Shown here: in pieces, positions 9,988 to 23,115 of the stretch
Numbering within the stretch: the first letter of the stretch is position 1
Layout: each line of letters opens with the position of its first letter
Source: Paracoccaceae bacterium
Lineage (GTDB): Bacteria; Pseudomonadota; Alphaproteobacteria; Rhodobacterales; Rhodobacteraceae
Length of the DNA: 64,000 bases
Assembly: GCA_041621405.1 (NCBI GenBank)
Contig: JBFKAV010000004.1
Span: 939 to 64,938, forward strand
Direction: 5' to 3'
Position numbers and translations under genes: made by a program
The notes under the pieces: model-generated
Seen by the model: the letters and a program-made list of their open reading frames with translations, nothing else
Databases searched by the model: none
Told to the model about the DNA's origin: nothing

Positions 9988-10848
9988 TCAGTCGTTGGCC
10001 GCGACGTCGAACTGCTGGGGCGCGCCGGACGCGGCGGTCTTCACGCTACCGAGCCAGGCCTCGTAGTCGGCCGGTGTCACCGCCTTCACGGTGATCGGCA
10101 TGAAGGCGTGATCCTTGCCGCAGAGTTCCGAGCACTGGCCGAAATAGATGCCCTCCATGCCCGGCTCGACCTCGAACCAGAGCTCGGCCAGGCGACCGGG
10201 CACGCCGTCCTGCTTCACGCCGAAGGCCGGGATCGTCCAGGCATGGATCACGTCGGCCGCGGTCACCTGGACGAGGACTTTCTGCCCCGTCGGAACCACC
10301 ACGGCGGTGTCGGTGGCGAGCCGGTAGAGATCGTCCGAATAGCCGGCCGCGGCCAGATCCTCGGGGGCCAGCATGAAGCTGTCGAAGGCGACCTCGTGCT
10401 CGGGGTATTCGTAGTTCCAGTACCACTGGTGGCCGGTGGCTTTGATCACCACGTCGGCTTCGGGCATGATCTGCTGCTTGAAGAGCGCGGGCAGCGAGAA
10501 GGCGCCGATCAGGAACAGGATCGCCACCGGCCCAGCCGTCCAGGCCAGTTCGACCGGCGTGTTGTGAGAGAAACTCGCGGGCTCGGGATTGGCGCTCCGG
10601 TTGTAGCGCAGGATCACGATCGCGAGCAGCAGGACCACGAAGGCACAGATCACGCTGATGATCACAAGAATGAAGCCGTCGAGCCACTGGATATCGCGCG
10701 CAAGCTCGGTGACCGGGGGCTGGAATCCCGTGGCGTCGGGGGTCGGCGCACCGATCACCGGCAGGTTTTCGGGCAGGGTCTGCGCCGCCGCGGCGCCGGC
10801 GGCGAGGGCGGCGGCGAGGGCTCCGGAAATCCTGGTCAGAAGTCGCAT
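9988..10848 (-). CDS. ctaC: cytochrome c oxidase subunit II
   Basis: The start is MRLLTRISG at 10848. It has a signal peptide, two TM segments and the CuA site HAWTIPAFG...[12 protein letters not shown]. Confidence 0.95.
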   Translation of the reverse strand: MRLLTRISGALAAALAAGAAAAQTLPENLPVIGAPTPDATGFQPPVTELARDIQWLDGFILVIISVICAFVVLLLAIVILRYNRSANPEPASFSHNTPVELAWTAGPVAILFLIGAFSLPALFKQQIMPEADVVIKATGHQWYWNYEYPEHEVAFDSFMLAPEDLAAAGYSDDLYRLATDTAVVVPTGQKVLVQVTAADVIHAWTIPAFGVKQDGVPGRLAELWFEVEPGMEGIYFGQCSELCGKDHAFMPITVKAVTPADYEAWLGSVKTAASGAPQQFDVAAND

Positions 10849-11033
10849 CGTGGTTCCCCATCTTCTCGGACCGTCGGCGCGGCCCGTCGTTCGGGCCTCT
10901 GCCCCGGGGCCACGGCCTAGGGCGAAATCCCGTTGTATCCCGCTCGCTGAAAACCATATTCGGGGGTGAAGGACAAGCGAAACCGTTGCGTCAATCGGAC
11001 GCCTCGCAGCCCGCAACCGACGGAGACCAGGCC

Positions 11034-12458
11034 ATGACAAGCGATGCCTTTCGCCCTTTCGAGACTGGCCTCGACGAAGCCCGCACCCTTGCCTTGCTCC
11101 GCGCGGCCACGGCGGGGGCAGAGGACGGCGAGCTCTTCCTCGAACGGATGCGCGCCGAGGTGCTGGTGTTCGACGACGGGCGGGTGAAGACGGCGAGCTA
11201 CGACGCCTCTGAGGGCTTTGGGCTCCGGGCCGTGAAGGGCGAGACGGCGGGCTACGCGCACTCCACCGACATCTCCGAACGCGCGCTCCTGCGCGCCGCC
11301 GAGACCGCCCGGCTCGCCGTGGGCGACGGCGGCGGCACGCTGGCGCTGCCACCCAGGGCCACCAATCGCCGGCTTTACGCCGATGCCGACCCGATCGCCG
11401 GCGCGCCCTTCTCGATGAAGATCGACTGCCTGCGCGAGATCGACGCCTACGCCCGGGCCCTCGACCCGCGCGTGGTGCAGGTCTCGGCCACGCTCGCCGC
11501 GTCGCACCAGGAGGTGGAAATCCTTCGCCCCGAAGGCCTGCGGGTCGCCGACATCCGCCCGATGGCCCGCCTCAACGTCAGCGTGATCGTCGAGGAGCAC
11601 GGCCGCCGCGAGCAAGGCGGGGACGGCGGCGGCGGCCGTCACGGCATCGAGGCGCTGCTCGACCCGGCGCGCTGGCAGGGCATGGTGCGCGAGGCGCTGC
11701 GCATCGCGCTGGTAAACCTTTCCGCCGAGCCGGCGCCGGCCGGCGTGATGGACGTGGTGCTGGGCCCCGGCTGGCCCGGCGTCCTGCTGCACGAGGCGGT
11801 GGGCCACGGGCTCGAGGGCGATTTCAACCGGAAGAAGACCTCGGCCTTCGCCGGACTGATGGGCCAGAGGGTGGCCGCGCCCGGAGTGACGGTGCTCGAC
11901 GACGGCACGATTCCCGACCGCCGCGGCTCGCTTTCGGTGGACGACGAGGGCACGCCCTCCGGCAAGAACGTGCTGATCGAGGACGGGATCCTCACGGGCC
12001 TCATGCAGGACCGCCAGAACGCCCGCCTGATGAGGGTCGCCGCGACCGGTAACGGCCGCCGCCAGAGCTATGCCCACCCGCCGATGCCACGGATGACCAA
12101 CACCTACATGCTGGCCGGCAAGGACGAGCCGGAGGGCATCGTCGCCAGCCTGAAGGACGGCATCTACGCCGTCGGCTTCGGCGGCGGCCAGGTCGACATC
12201 ACCAACGGCAAGTTCGTGTTCTCGTGCACCGAAGCCTACCGGGTGAGAAACGGCAAGGTTGGCGCGGCGGTGAAGGGCGCCACGCTGATCGGCGACGGAC
12301 CGACCGCGCTCAAGCGCATCCGCGCCATCGGCAACGACATGAAGCTCGACCCCGGGATCGGCAATTGCGGCAAGGCGGGCCAATGGGTGCCGGTCGGCGT
12401 CGGCCAGCCGACGCTCCTGATCGGCGGACTGACCGTGGGCGGATCGGCGGCTGGTTGA
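11034..12458 (+). CDS. tldD: metalloprotease TldD
   Basis: About 474 aa starting from ATG 11034 (MTSDAFRPF). It has the [11 protein letters not shown] zinc motif and a PmbA/TldD C-terminal region. Confidence 0.93.
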   Translation: MTSDAFRPFETGLDEARTLALLRAATAGAEDGELFLERMRAEVLVFDDGRVKTASYDASEGFGLRAVKGETAGYAHSTDISERALLRAAETARLAVGDGGGTLALPPRATNRRLYADADPIAGAPFSMKIDCLREIDAYARALDPRVVQVSATLAASHQEVEILRPEGLRVADIRPMARLNVSVIVEEHGRREQGGDGGGGRHGIEALLDPARWQGMVREALRIALVNLSAEPAPAGVMDVVLGPGWPGVLLHEAVGHGLEGDFNRKKTSAFAGLMGQRVAAPGVTVLDDGTIPDRRGSLSVDDEGTPSGKNVLIEDGILTGLMQDRQNARLMRVAATGNGRRQSYAHPPMPRMTNTYMLAGKDEPEGIVASLKDGIYAVGFGGGQVDITNGKFVFSCTEAYRVRNGKVGAAVKGATLIGDGPTALKRIRAIGNDMKLDPGIGNCGKAGQWVPVGVGQPTLLIGGLTVGGSAAG

Positions 12459-12735
12459 CCATAAGCCGGGCCGCCACCGTTGCACTTGCTTGCCTGACCT
12501 GCGCCGCAGTGCGCCCTGATCGCATGGCGCAGCAGGCGCTCTGAGCAGAGCCACCTTCCGCGCACGACAAGGCAGGCCTCATATCCGTCGGCGGCACCGC
12601 ACGGGGAGGTGGAAACTTGACTGCCGCTGTCGGCGGCGGCCACAGTCGCCGCATTGTGGGCCGCTTGAGCGGCTGGGACCAAACCTCGCATCGCAGCGGC
12701 GACGCGGAGGGCGAGCTGCGGTCCCCCGGGGCGGA

Positions 12736-14607
12736 ATGGGAAGGATGAGGATGCTCGATTCCGAGGTCATTCCCGGCCGCACCACGCCCCGGTCGGCTGC
12801 CCCCGGATGGACCGGCCTCCTCCTGGCCGTGCTGGCGGGCTGGATCCTCGCGGCCTATCCCGGAATCGTCTTTCACCTCACCGCACGACCCGACGCGCTT
12901 TTCCTGGGCGCCGATGGGGCGATGCGGATGGTCCAGGTTCGCGACCTGCTCGCCGGGCAGGGCTGGTTCGATCTCGTCCAGCGCCGCCTCGGTCCCGGCG
13001 ATGGGATAGAGATGCACTGGTCGCGGCTGGTCGATGCGCCGCTCGCCGGACTGATCCTGGCACTCCAGCCCATGCTCGGCAGGGAGATGGCCGAGACGGC
13101 GACCGCCGTGATCTGGCCGGTCCTCTTGCCGTTGCCGGCAGTGCTGGCGGCAGCGCTGGCCGGGCGAGCGCTCGCCGGGAGCGCCGGCACCTGGCTCGCC
13201 TCGGGCCTGATGGGGTTGCACCTCGGCAATTCGGCCCGCTTCGTTCCCGGCCAGATCGACCATCACAACCTACAACTCGTGCTCTTTGTCGTCGCGGCGT
13301 CGCTGGCGCCGCTCGCGTCGCGATCGCAACGGGCCGCCTCACTGCTCGGCGTCGCGATCGGCACCAGCCTGGCCATCGGGGTCGAGCTCCTGCCGATGCA
13401 GGCCCTCCTGATCCTCGCCGTGGCGGTCTTATGGGCGGACGCCGGCCCGCCCGCCCGTCCGATCCTGCGCAGGCTCGCCCTTTCGCTGACGGCGACCATG
13501 GTCGTGTGGCTGTTCCTTGCAAGCCCTCGTTCTGCGCTCGCTGGAGGCTATTGCGATGCCCTCGGCCGCGATCTGGTGCTTCCCGCATCGACCGGGGCTC
13601 TCGGCCTATTTGCCGCCGCCACCCTCTGGTCGGAGGCGTCGCGGGCTTGGCGTTTCCTCTCGCTTGCCGGTGCGGCGTTGGCCACACTTGCGCTGGCCGT
13701 CGCCGTCGCTCCCGCCTGTCTCTCCGACCCGCTCGGCGGGATCGATCCGTACCTGCGCGCGCACTGGCTCAACCGCGTCGCCGAAGCGCAGGGCTGGGCG
13801 GGGAAGCTGACGGAATCGCCCGCAACGGAGCTCCCGGTACTCGCCGCGGTCCTCGTCGGCGTCGCTGCCGCATCATTCCTCTTCTTCCTGCGGCCGGCCG
13901 GCGAGCGCTGGGTCTGGGCGGTGAAGGGGGGAATTCTCGTTATTGGCCTGCTGCTCGCGCTGTGGCAGCTCAGGGCTACGATGGTGTTGGGGCCGCTGTC
14001 GGTCCTGCCGGTCGCCGTACTGGGCGCCGAACTCCTGAGCAGGGGGCGTGGCTCGGGCCTCGCGGCGATTACGCTCATAGCGCTGGCGTCCCCGCCCGGA
14101 TGGACCGTTGTGCTCGGGGCCAGTCGGGCGATCGGGACGGGCCGGACGAGCGGGGCTACGCCCGCAGCCGCGGTCTCACGGTCCGGCCTCTGGGACTGCT
14201 TCGCGCCGGGGGCGATGTCCGCCCTTGCCGAGCTTCCGCCCGGCCTGGTCTCGGCCAGCTCGAATCTCGGCTCGCACATTCTGTTGTCGACGCCGCACCG
14301 GGTGCTTTCGGCACCCTACCACCGCAATACGGCCGGCATGACCGAGCAGCTGCGGATCGAATTCGCATCCGATTCCGAGGCGGAGGATCGGCTGCGGCAT
14401 CTGGGGGTCGACTATGTCGCCATATGCACCACCGACCCCATTTCTGCGACTGAGCCCGGAACCACGCCGCCCGGCTTCGCCTTCCGCCTCGCCAAGGGCG
14501 AGGAAGCGGACTTCCTGGAGCCGGTTCCGCGGGTGGCCGGGCCCGGGTTGCATGAAGACCCGGAACGCTCGGTGATCCGGGTGTATCGACTGACGGCTGC
14601 CCGATGA
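12736..14607 (+). CDS. large polytopic membrane protein with a C-terminal soluble domain (possibly GT-C-fold glycosyltransferase-like); function unknown
   Basis: 623-aa ORF with 10 or more hydrophobic segments and a soluble tail of about 150 aa (HRVLSAPYHRN...GVDYVAICTTDP). Third-position GC is high. I recognise no family confidently. Confidence 0.7.
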   Translation: MGRMRMLDSEVIPGRTTPRSAAPGWTGLLLAVLAGWILAAYPGIVFHLTARPDALFLGADGAMRMVQVRDLLAGQGWFDLVQRRLGPGDGIEMHWSRLVDAPLAGLILALQPMLGREMAETATAVIWPVLLPLPAVLAAALAGRALAGSAGTWLASGLMGLHLGNSARFVPGQIDHHNLQLVLFVVAASLAPLASRSQRAASLLGVAIGTSLAIGVELLPMQALLILAVAVLWADAGPPARPILRRLALSLTATMVVWLFLASPRSALAGGYCDALGRDLVLPASTGALGLFAAATLWSEASRAWRFLSLAGAALATLALAVAVAPACLSDPLGGIDPYLRAHWLNRVAEAQGWAGKLTESPATELPVLAAVLVGVAAASFLFFLRPAGERWVWAVKGGILVIGLLLALWQLRATMVLGPLSVLPVAVLGAELLSRGRGSGLAAITLIALASPPGWTVVLGASRAIGTGRTSGATPAAAVSRSGLWDCFAPGAMSALAELPPGLVSASSNLGSHILLSTPHRVLSAPYHRNTAGMTEQLRIEFASDSEAEDRLRHLGVDYVAICTTDPISATEPGTTPPGFAFRLAKGEEADFLEPVPRVAGPGLHEDPERSVIRVYRLTAAR

Positions 14608-14816
14608 CCCCATGAGGCCCGCGGGCGGCGGAAACGGCGCCCAGCCCTCTCCCGGCACCGCTCGCCGACGAAATGATTTGCGGCTCAAGCGTCATCGAGA
14701 CGTGAGTTGCGGCTCTCGGTGAACTCCCGTCGATCTTCGATCAGCGTTTACGCCGTATTAAGGATGTGGGTGCTAGAGAATCGCTCGTGATCAGACGGAG
14801 CCGGCGGGAACAAGGA

Positions 14817-15998
14817 ATGTTTTCTTCCCCACCCCCCCTCGCACCACCCACCACGGAAGAAGATGCTCTCCGTTGGCTCCGTCTGGTCCGATCCCCCCGC
14901 GTCGGCGTTGCGACCTTCTTCCGGCTGATGGCCGAGCACGGACAAGCTGCGGACGCGCTCGACGCGCTGCCCGAGATCGCCCGCGCATCGGGCGTGCAGG
15001 ACTATGCACCCTTCCCCCTCGCGGCCGCCGAGGCCGAGATCGCCGCAGCCCGCCGTGCCGGCGCGCGCCTGGTCTGCTTCGGCGACGCAGCCTACCCGCT
15101 CGCGCTGATGGAGATCGCCGACCCGCCGCCGCTCCTCTGGGCGCTCGGCGACACCGGCCTGCTGAACCGCCCCGCCATTGCCCTCGTCGGCGCCCGCAAC
15201 GCCTCCAGCCTCGGGCTCAGGATGGCGAAGGCCCTGGCCAGGGGCCTCGGCGAAGCCGGCCAGGTCGTCGCCTCCGGCCTCGCCCGCGGCATCGACGCTG
15301 CGGCGCATACGGCCGCGCTTTCCACCGGCACGATCGCCGTCATGGCGGGCGGCGTCGACGCCATCTATCCGGCCGAGAATGCCGAGCTTGCGGCACGGGT
15401 CGCGGAGTCCGGCCTCAGGCTATCCGAGCAGCCGATCGGGCTAGAGCCCCAGGCGCGCCACTTCCCGCGCCGCAACCGCATCGTCTCCGGCCTCGCCCGC
15501 GCGGTCGTGGTGGTCGAGGCCGCGGCGAAATCCGGCAGTCTGATCACCGCGCGTATGGCCCTCGACCAGGGCCGCGAGGTGATGGCCGTGCCCGGCCATC
15601 CGTTCGATGCCCGCGCTTCGGGCTGCAACATGCTGATCCGCGACGGAGCAACGCTGGTGCGCGGCGCCGAGGACGTGCTCGCCGCGCTCGGGGCGACCGC
15701 CCTGGTGAGGCCTCACCCGGCGTCCGACTACGCCCCGGCGACGGCCTCGAACGGGCCGAATGGCGTAGAGCGCCCGGTGTCCGGCGATTACCCAGTCGAC
15801 TCGCGCGCGCCGGTAAGCGACCCATGTGACGCCGCATCTGCCATCCTCGCCCTTCTGGGCCCGGCACCGGTCAGCGAAGACCAGCTGATCCGCGACCTTT
15901 CGCTGCCCGCGTCGCAGCTTGCGGCCGAGCTGCTCTCGCTGGAGCTCGACGGACGGGTCTTGCGTCACCCCGGCGGACTGGTGTCGCTCGCTGCCTGA
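14817..15998 (+). CDS. dprA: DNA-processing protein DprA
   Basis: It carries the Rossmann-fold DprA core (ALVGARNASSLG, GLARGIDAAAH, GGVDAIYPAEN, SGSLITAR). The start is uncertain (GTG 14766 or ATG 14817). Confidence 0.88.
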   Translation: MFSSPPPLAPPTTEEDALRWLRLVRSPRVGVATFFRLMAEHGQAADALDALPEIARASGVQDYAPFPLAAAEAEIAAARRAGARLVCFGDAAYPLALMEIADPPPLLWALGDTGLLNRPAIALVGARNASSLGLRMAKALARGLGEAGQVVASGLARGIDAAAHTAALSTGTIAVMAGGVDAIYPAENAELAARVAESGLRLSEQPIGLEPQARHFPRRNRIVSGLARAVVVVEAAAKSGSLITARMALDQGREVMAVPGHPFDARASGCNMLIRDGATLVRGAEDVLAALGATALVRPHPASDYAPATASNGPNGVERPVSGDYPVDSRAPVSDPCDAASAILALLGPAPVSEDQLIRDLSLPASQLAAELLSLELDGRVLRHPGGLVSLAA

Positions 15999-16155
15999 GG
16001 CAGCGGCGCCGTCCGGCACGCCGCGCTCCCGCTGCCCAGGATGTCGCGGCCGCGGTCGCAATGCCGGTACTCCGGTCATGCCGGATCGAGCAAGCCGCCG
16101 GATGCCTGCCAAATTCTGCGCCGAGGTGGTCCAGACAACGCCCGCCTTCCGCTGA

Positions 16156-16467
16156 TCAGCGCAGTCCGTGTCGCCAGCCGTGCATTCCGAGCCATTCGCA
16201 TCGGGTCGCCAGAGAGCCTCTGCCGCCGGTGTTGCCGCTGTTGACACGGTCATCTGCGCCCCAACTGCGGCCCACCGCTAAGGCGCGCACGAAGAACTCT
16301 GCGACGTTGGCAACCACCTCGCTGGCCGCACTTCCCGGGACAGTTCTCTCGGGCGCGACCTTCTGAGTGAGGGCGATGCGGACCTCCTGTTCGACGCCGA
16401 ATCCGATATGGCGAAGCTGTGCCAGCGGCTCGGCCCGGACCGCTGCGGGCCCGATGACTGGATCCAT
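16156..16467 (-). CDS. hypothetical protein (possible gene or gene remnant in the dprA-topA spacer)
   Basis: 103-aa ORF (MDPVIGPAAVRAEPLAQLRHIGFGVEQEVRIALTQKV...). My hand count puts third-position GC at roughly 80-85%, like real genes here. I recognise no motif. Confidence 0.3.
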   Translation of the reverse strand: MDPVIGPAAVRAEPLAQLRHIGFGVEQEVRIALTQKVAPERTVPGSAASEVVANVAEFFVRALAVGRSWGADDRVNSGNTGGRGSLATRCEWLGMHGWRHGLR

Positions 16468-16683
16468 CCAATGCACCGCCCGATGGCCGAGATGTTCTCT
16501 TGCCCGACTTGCGTCGTCGCACTCGGTTTATGGATGGCGGCCTTGCCGGCGATCCTTGCACTCCGGCACCGGGACCCGGCCCACCCCCCTCCGCCAGCCG
16601 GATTGACAATCCGCCCCGGGCCTCCACATGTTGCGCCGCGCGCCGGGAAGCCCCGGTCGCAACCCAATCGGGAAAGGTCCCTC

Positions 16684-19215
<2,532 letters not shown>

Positions 19216-19294
19216 CTGTCGCGATCGGCCGGCGCAGGCTATCATCGCCGCTGGCCGGCGCCGCGGAGGGGCCGTTCGAGCTGGGAGGCTGCCG

Positions 19295-20005
19295 ATGACC
19301 CTCAGCGACACCGCGCGCCGCGCGATTGAGGCCTACGGCGGGGCCGAGCGCTGGCAGAAAGCCGGCGCGATATCTGCCACGATCAGCGCTTCGGGCCTTG
19401 CCTTCGCGATGAAATGGCGCCCGCGCTTCCGACGCATCGAGTTCCGCTGCGACGTGCACCGCCCCCGCGCCCGCGTCACGCCGATCGGGCGGAGGCCCGG
19501 CCTCTCGGGCGTGCTCGATGGTGCCGAGGTTCGGCTGGAAGCGGCCGAAGGGCGGGTACTCTCGCGCCGCGCCGAGGCCCGCAGCGCCTTCCCATACGGT
19601 CGCCGCCTTCTCTGGTGGGACGATCTCGACATGGCCTACTTCGCCGGTTACGCGACCTGGAATTACGTGACCATGCCCGCGCTTCTGATGAACCCCGACA
19701 TCACCTGGCGCGAAACCGCCCCGGGCGAGCTTGCGGCCGAGTTCCCGGGGCAGATTCCCACCCATAGCCGTCATCAACGCTTCCGCTTCGACGCCGAAAC
19801 CGGGCTGCTGCTCCAGCACGACTATGTCGCCGAAGTCATCGGCGGTTTCGCCAGGGTGGCGAACCGGGTGCTGGCGCACGACCGCAACTCTGGCGGGCTG
19901 GTCTATCCCTCGCGCCGCCGCGTCACCCCGCGGGGCGCCGACGGCGCGGCACGGCGCTTCCCCGTCCTGATCGACCTGACCTTCCATGACTTCGCGCTGA
20001 CCTGA
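19295..20005 (+). CDS. conserved hypothetical protein
   Basis: 236 aa starting from ATG 19295 ([16 protein letters not shown]...). Codon usage looks coding. I recognise no family. Confidence 0.6.
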   Translation: MTLSDTARRAIEAYGGAERWQKAGAISATISASGLAFAMKWRPRFRRIEFRCDVHRPRARVTPIGRRPGLSGVLDGAEVRLEAAEGRVLSRRAEARSAFPYGRRLLWWDDLDMAYFAGYATWNYVTMPALLMNPDITWRETAPGELAAEFPGQIPTHSRHQRFRFDAETGLLLQHDYVAEVIGGFARVANRVLAHDRNSGGLVYPSRRRVTPRGADGAARRFPVLIDLTFHDFALT

Positions 20006-20091
20006 GCCACATTCGACGTAGCGCAGCAATTGACTCTCTTGGCCTCACGCGCCAGAACGCCGCGATCGGTTTCAGCGGAGAGGTATCGGCC

Positions 20092-20799
20092 ATGAAACAG
20101 AAGGTCTACGGCAGCGCGACCGAGGCGCTCGACGGGCTTCTGTTCGACGGCATGCTGATCGCAGCGGGCGGCTTCGGCCTCTGCGGAATTCCCGAGCTCC
20201 TGATCGCGGCGATCCGCGACAGCGGCGTCAAGAACCTCACCGTCGCCTCCAACAACGCCGGTGTCGACGATTTCGGCCTCGGCGTCCTCTTACAGACGCG
20301 GCAGGTGAAGAAGATGATCTCGTCCTACGTCGGCGAGAACGCCGAGTTCATGCGCCAGTATCTGTCGGGCGAACTCGAGCTCGAGTTCAATCCTCAGGGC
20401 ACGCTGGCCGAGCGCATGCGTGCGGGCGGTTGCGGCATCCCCGGCTTCTACACCAAGACCGGCGTCGGCACCGTCATCGCCGAGGGCAAGGAGCACAAGG
20501 AGTTCGACGGCGAGACCTACATCCTCGAGCGCGGGATCGTCGCCGACCTCTCGATCGTCAAGGCCTGGAAGGCCGACGACACCGGCAACCTCGTCTTCCG
20601 CAAGACCGCGCGCAACTTCAACCCGCCGGCGGCGATGTGCGGCAAGGTCTGCGTGGCCGAGGTGGAGGAGATCGTGCCGCGCGGCGCCCTCGATCCCGAC
20701 TGTGTCCATCTGCCCGGAATATACGTGCATCGTCTCATTCAGGGCCAGCACGAGAAGCGGATCGAACAGCGCACGGTACGCAAGAAGGAGGCCGCCTGA
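20092..20799 (+). CDS. scoA: 3-oxoacid CoA-transferase subunit A
   Basis: 235 aa. [10 protein letters not shown] and the SNNAG motif place it in CoA-transferase family I, subunit A. Confidence 0.9.
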   Translation: MKQKVYGSATEALDGLLFDGMLIAAGGFGLCGIPELLIAAIRDSGVKNLTVASNNAGVDDFGLGVLLQTRQVKKMISSYVGENAEFMRQYLSGELELEFNPQGTLAERMRAGGCGIPGFYTKTGVGTVIAEGKEHKEFDGETYILERGIVADLSIVKAWKADDTGNLVFRKTARNFNPPAAMCGKVCVAEVEEIVPRGALDPDCVHLPGIYVHRLIQGQHEKRIEQRTVRKKEAA

Positions 20800-21428
20800 T
20801 GCCTTGGGACCGCAACCAGATGGCCGCCCGCGCCGCGCAGGAGCTGAAGGACGGGATGTACGTCAACCTTGGCATCGGCATCCCGACCTTGGTGGCGAAC
20901 TTTATCCCCGAGGGGGTGGACGTGACGCTGCAGTCCGAGAACGGGATGCTGGGCATGGGCCCGTTCCCGATCGAGGGCGAGGAAGACGCCGACCTGATCA
21001 ACGCCGGCAAGCAGACCATCACCGAGCTGAAGCGTACCGCCTACTTCGACAGCGCGACCTCGTTCGGGATGATCCGCGGCGGCAAGATCGCGATGGCGAT
21101 CCTCGGCGCGATGGAGGTGGCCGAGAATGGTGACCTGGCGAACTGGATGATCCCGGGCAAGCTGGTCAAGGGCATGGGCGGGGCAATGGACCTCGTCGCC
21201 GGCGTCGGTCGCGTGGTCGTCGTGATGGACCATACCAACAAGGCCGGCGAATCGAAGGTGCTGAAGAAATGCACCCTGCCTCTGACGGGCACTGGCGTCG
21301 TCGACCGGATCATCACCAACCTCGGCGTGCTCGATGTCGTGCAGGGCGGCCTGAAGATCGTGGAGCTCGCGGACGGCGTCAGCGAGGCCGAGCTGCGCGC
21401 CGCCACCGAGGCGACGATCGTCAATTGA
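20799..21428 (+). CDS. scoB: 3-oxoacid CoA-transferase subunit B
   Basis: 209 aa starting from ATG 20799, overlapping the scoA stop (TGATG). It contains the SENG catalytic-glutamate motif ([12 protein letters not shown]). Confidence 0.9.
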   Translation: MPWDRNQMAARAAQELKDGMYVNLGIGIPTLVANFIPEGVDVTLQSENGMLGMGPFPIEGEEDADLINAGKQTITELKRTAYFDSATSFGMIRGGKIAMAILGAMEVAENGDLANWMIPGKLVKGMGGAMDLVAGVGRVVVVMDHTNKAGESKVLKKCTLPLTGTGVVDRIITNLGVLDVVQGGLKIVELADGVSEAELRAATEATIVN

Positions 21429-21450
21429 GTCACGCGCGCGAGGCGCGCCT

Positions 21451-22311
21451 TCAAAGCCCCGCGCTTCGCACCCGGAACACGCAGCCGTCGGAGACCAGGT
21501 CGGGCGGCGTCGCGCAGAGCCCGCGCGCCACGGTCCAGGCGGCCAGGACCTTAGGCACGTAGTCGCGGGTCTCGCGGTAGGGTGGAACCCCGCCGTGCTC
21601 GCGCACGGCGCCTTCGCCGGCATTGTAGCCGGCGAGCACTAGCACCGGATCACCGCCAAACTCGCGCATCAGCCAGTCAAGGTAGGCCACCCCGCCGCGG
21701 ATGTTCTCCGCCGGCGCGGTGATGTCGCTGACGCCGAAACGTTCAGCCGTGGCCGGCATCAGCTGCATCAGACCTGTCGCGCCCTTGTGGCTCACCGCGT
21801 TTGTCCGGCCCGCGCTCTCGATGCCGATCACCGCCAGCACCAGGGCCGGCGAGACCCGGGTGCCAACCGTCGCCTTCAGGATCTCGGCGCCGTGCTCCTC
21901 GGCGATCGTCTGCATCGCCTGCAGTCGAGGTATCGGCACGGTCGCGCCGGCGGCCCCGTCGCTCAGGCCGGAGACCGCGAGCGCCAGGCGCGCCGGCGAG
22001 GCTGCCGAGATCGCGGGCGAGACGGCCTCCCAGAACCAGGGATAGGCGGTGGCGGCATCAGCGCTCGCCTGCGGCCCTTGGGCTGCTTCGCCGTAGTTGC
22101 CTTCGGCCCGGGGGTCGGGGTAGCGCGGCAGGGCGGCGATATAGCGCGCCTGTTCCTCTGGATCGATCTGGATGGTGATTCGCCGCGCCGCGCCCGGCGC
22201 CGGCGGGACCACGCGCTTCGGCGTGTAGACCGGAAGTTCGGGTGTCTCCTCCGCCCTGGCGCCCGGTGCCAGGGCCGCGGCGAACGCCGCCGCGTAGGCC
22301 AAATGCCGCAT
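21451..22311 (-). CDS. lytic transglycosylase domain protein (SLT family)
   Basis: It has signal peptide MRHLAYAAAFAAALAPGARA and the SLT core GIESAGR...GATGLMQLMPATA...AGYNAGEG. It is divergent from the flp pilin genes. Confidence 0.85.
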   Translation of the reverse strand: MRHLAYAAAFAAALAPGARAEETPELPVYTPKRVVPPAPGAARRITIQIDPEEQARYIAALPRYPDPRAEGNYGEAAQGPQASADAATAYPWFWEAVSPAISAASPARLALAVSGLSDGAAGATVPIPRLQAMQTIAEEHGAEILKATVGTRVSPALVLAVIGIESAGRTNAVSHKGATGLMQLMPATAERFGVSDITAPAENIRGGVAYLDWLMREFGGDPVLVLAGYNAGEGAVREHGGVPPYRETRDYVPKVLAAWTVARGLCATPPDLVSDGCVFRVRSAGL

Positions 22312-22507
22312 CTGTCCTGCCTCGTGCTGCGTCCAGCTCGCATTCTTTCCGCGAGTATAGGCAGGAAACCGCGCTTCGCGCTATACCCGGGGCGGGGAAT
22401 CGCCCCCGTGGCGCGGCGGCTTATCCACAGTCTTGAAGGAGAAAACCGGCTGCAACGTTGCCGATCGGTCACGGGGCGTGAACGAAAGTGCCTTATTCCC
22501 CATATAG

Positions 22508-22536
22508 TTGAGCTAATCCACAGGTTTCACTACTAA
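22508..22536 (+). promoter_or_regulatory. candidate sigma70-type promoter for flp pilin gene
   Basis: TTGAGC-N17-TACTAA lies in the only AT-rich patch of the 374-bp spacer upstream of flp. It would give a leader of about 140 nt. Not verified. Confidence 0.25.
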
Positions 22537-22685
22537 GGCTTAAGAATCGTACGAACGCTGCCAAATTCTTGCCTGATTCTGCTGGCCATATGCAGCCATG
22601 CCGACGCGGAGGGGTTCGGAGATGGCCGAACGTCGTACGCCGCACCGGTGTAGACGTGACATCGTATCCTTTGGAGGGAGCAAAC

Positions 22686-22895
22686 ATGAAACTCTTTGAC
22701 CACCTGAAGACCTTCGCCGCTGACGAATCGGGCGCCGTGACCGTGGACTGGGTCGTGCTGACCGCGTCCGTCGTGTTCCTCGCGCTCGCGATCATCGCGC
22801 TGATCAGCCCGGCCACCACGGACCTCGGCCAGCGGATCGCCGACGAGCTCAACAACGTGCAGACCGGCCCGGGCAGCTCGGGCGGCACGCCGTAA
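22686..22895 (+). CDS. flp: Flp family type IVb prepilin (copy 1)
   Basis: 69 aa with a GGAGGGAG RBS. Leader MKLFDHLKTFAADESG is followed by hydrophobic AVTVDWVVLTASVVFLALAIIAL. This is the Flp motif with D-W in place of E-Y. Confidence 0.85.
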   Translation: MKLFDHLKTFAADESGAVTVDWVVLTASVVFLALAIIALISPATTDLGQRIADELNNVQTGPGSSGGTP

Positions 22896-22956
22896 TCAAG
22901 CGAACCGGCCGGCCGATGGAGCGTCTCGGCGCTCGGATCGAGCCGGCCCATCGCAG

Positions 22957-22980
22957 ACCGCGGCCCCAGGGCCGCGGTTT
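22957..22980 (+). terminator. intrinsic terminator/attenuator after flp copy 1
   Basis: A perfect 9-bp stem accgcggcc-ccag-ggccgcggt followed by TT(T)CG lies 62 nt after the flp1 stop. Confidence 0.6.
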
Positions 22981-23115
22981 CGCGTTGCCAGGGCGCGCCC
23001 ACCGGCGCGCCGGCGCCCGAGTAGTTCCTCAACGGTGCCGCTCTTCTGCCATATTCCTCGTTCACGCTCGGTCCAAAGTCGGAGTGACGAGACGTAACCA
23101 GGATCGGAGTGACCA

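Noticed and set aside
9010-10920. 636-aa plus-strand ORF across ctaB and ctaC
   Set aside because: It is antisense to two canonical oxidase genes and has no recognisable motifs.
16408-16683. 92-codon N-terminal extension of the topA ORF in the track
   Set aside because: Topoisomerase I conservation starts at MPVVVVESPAKAKT (16684). The upstream in-frame part is Pro/Arg-rich and not topA-like.
22312-22685. Search for a CtrA box (TTAA-N7-TTAA) upstream of the flp pilin genes
   Set aside because: I could find no full site by eye. Only unrelated TAAG/CTTAAG strings occur, so I make no CtrA claim.
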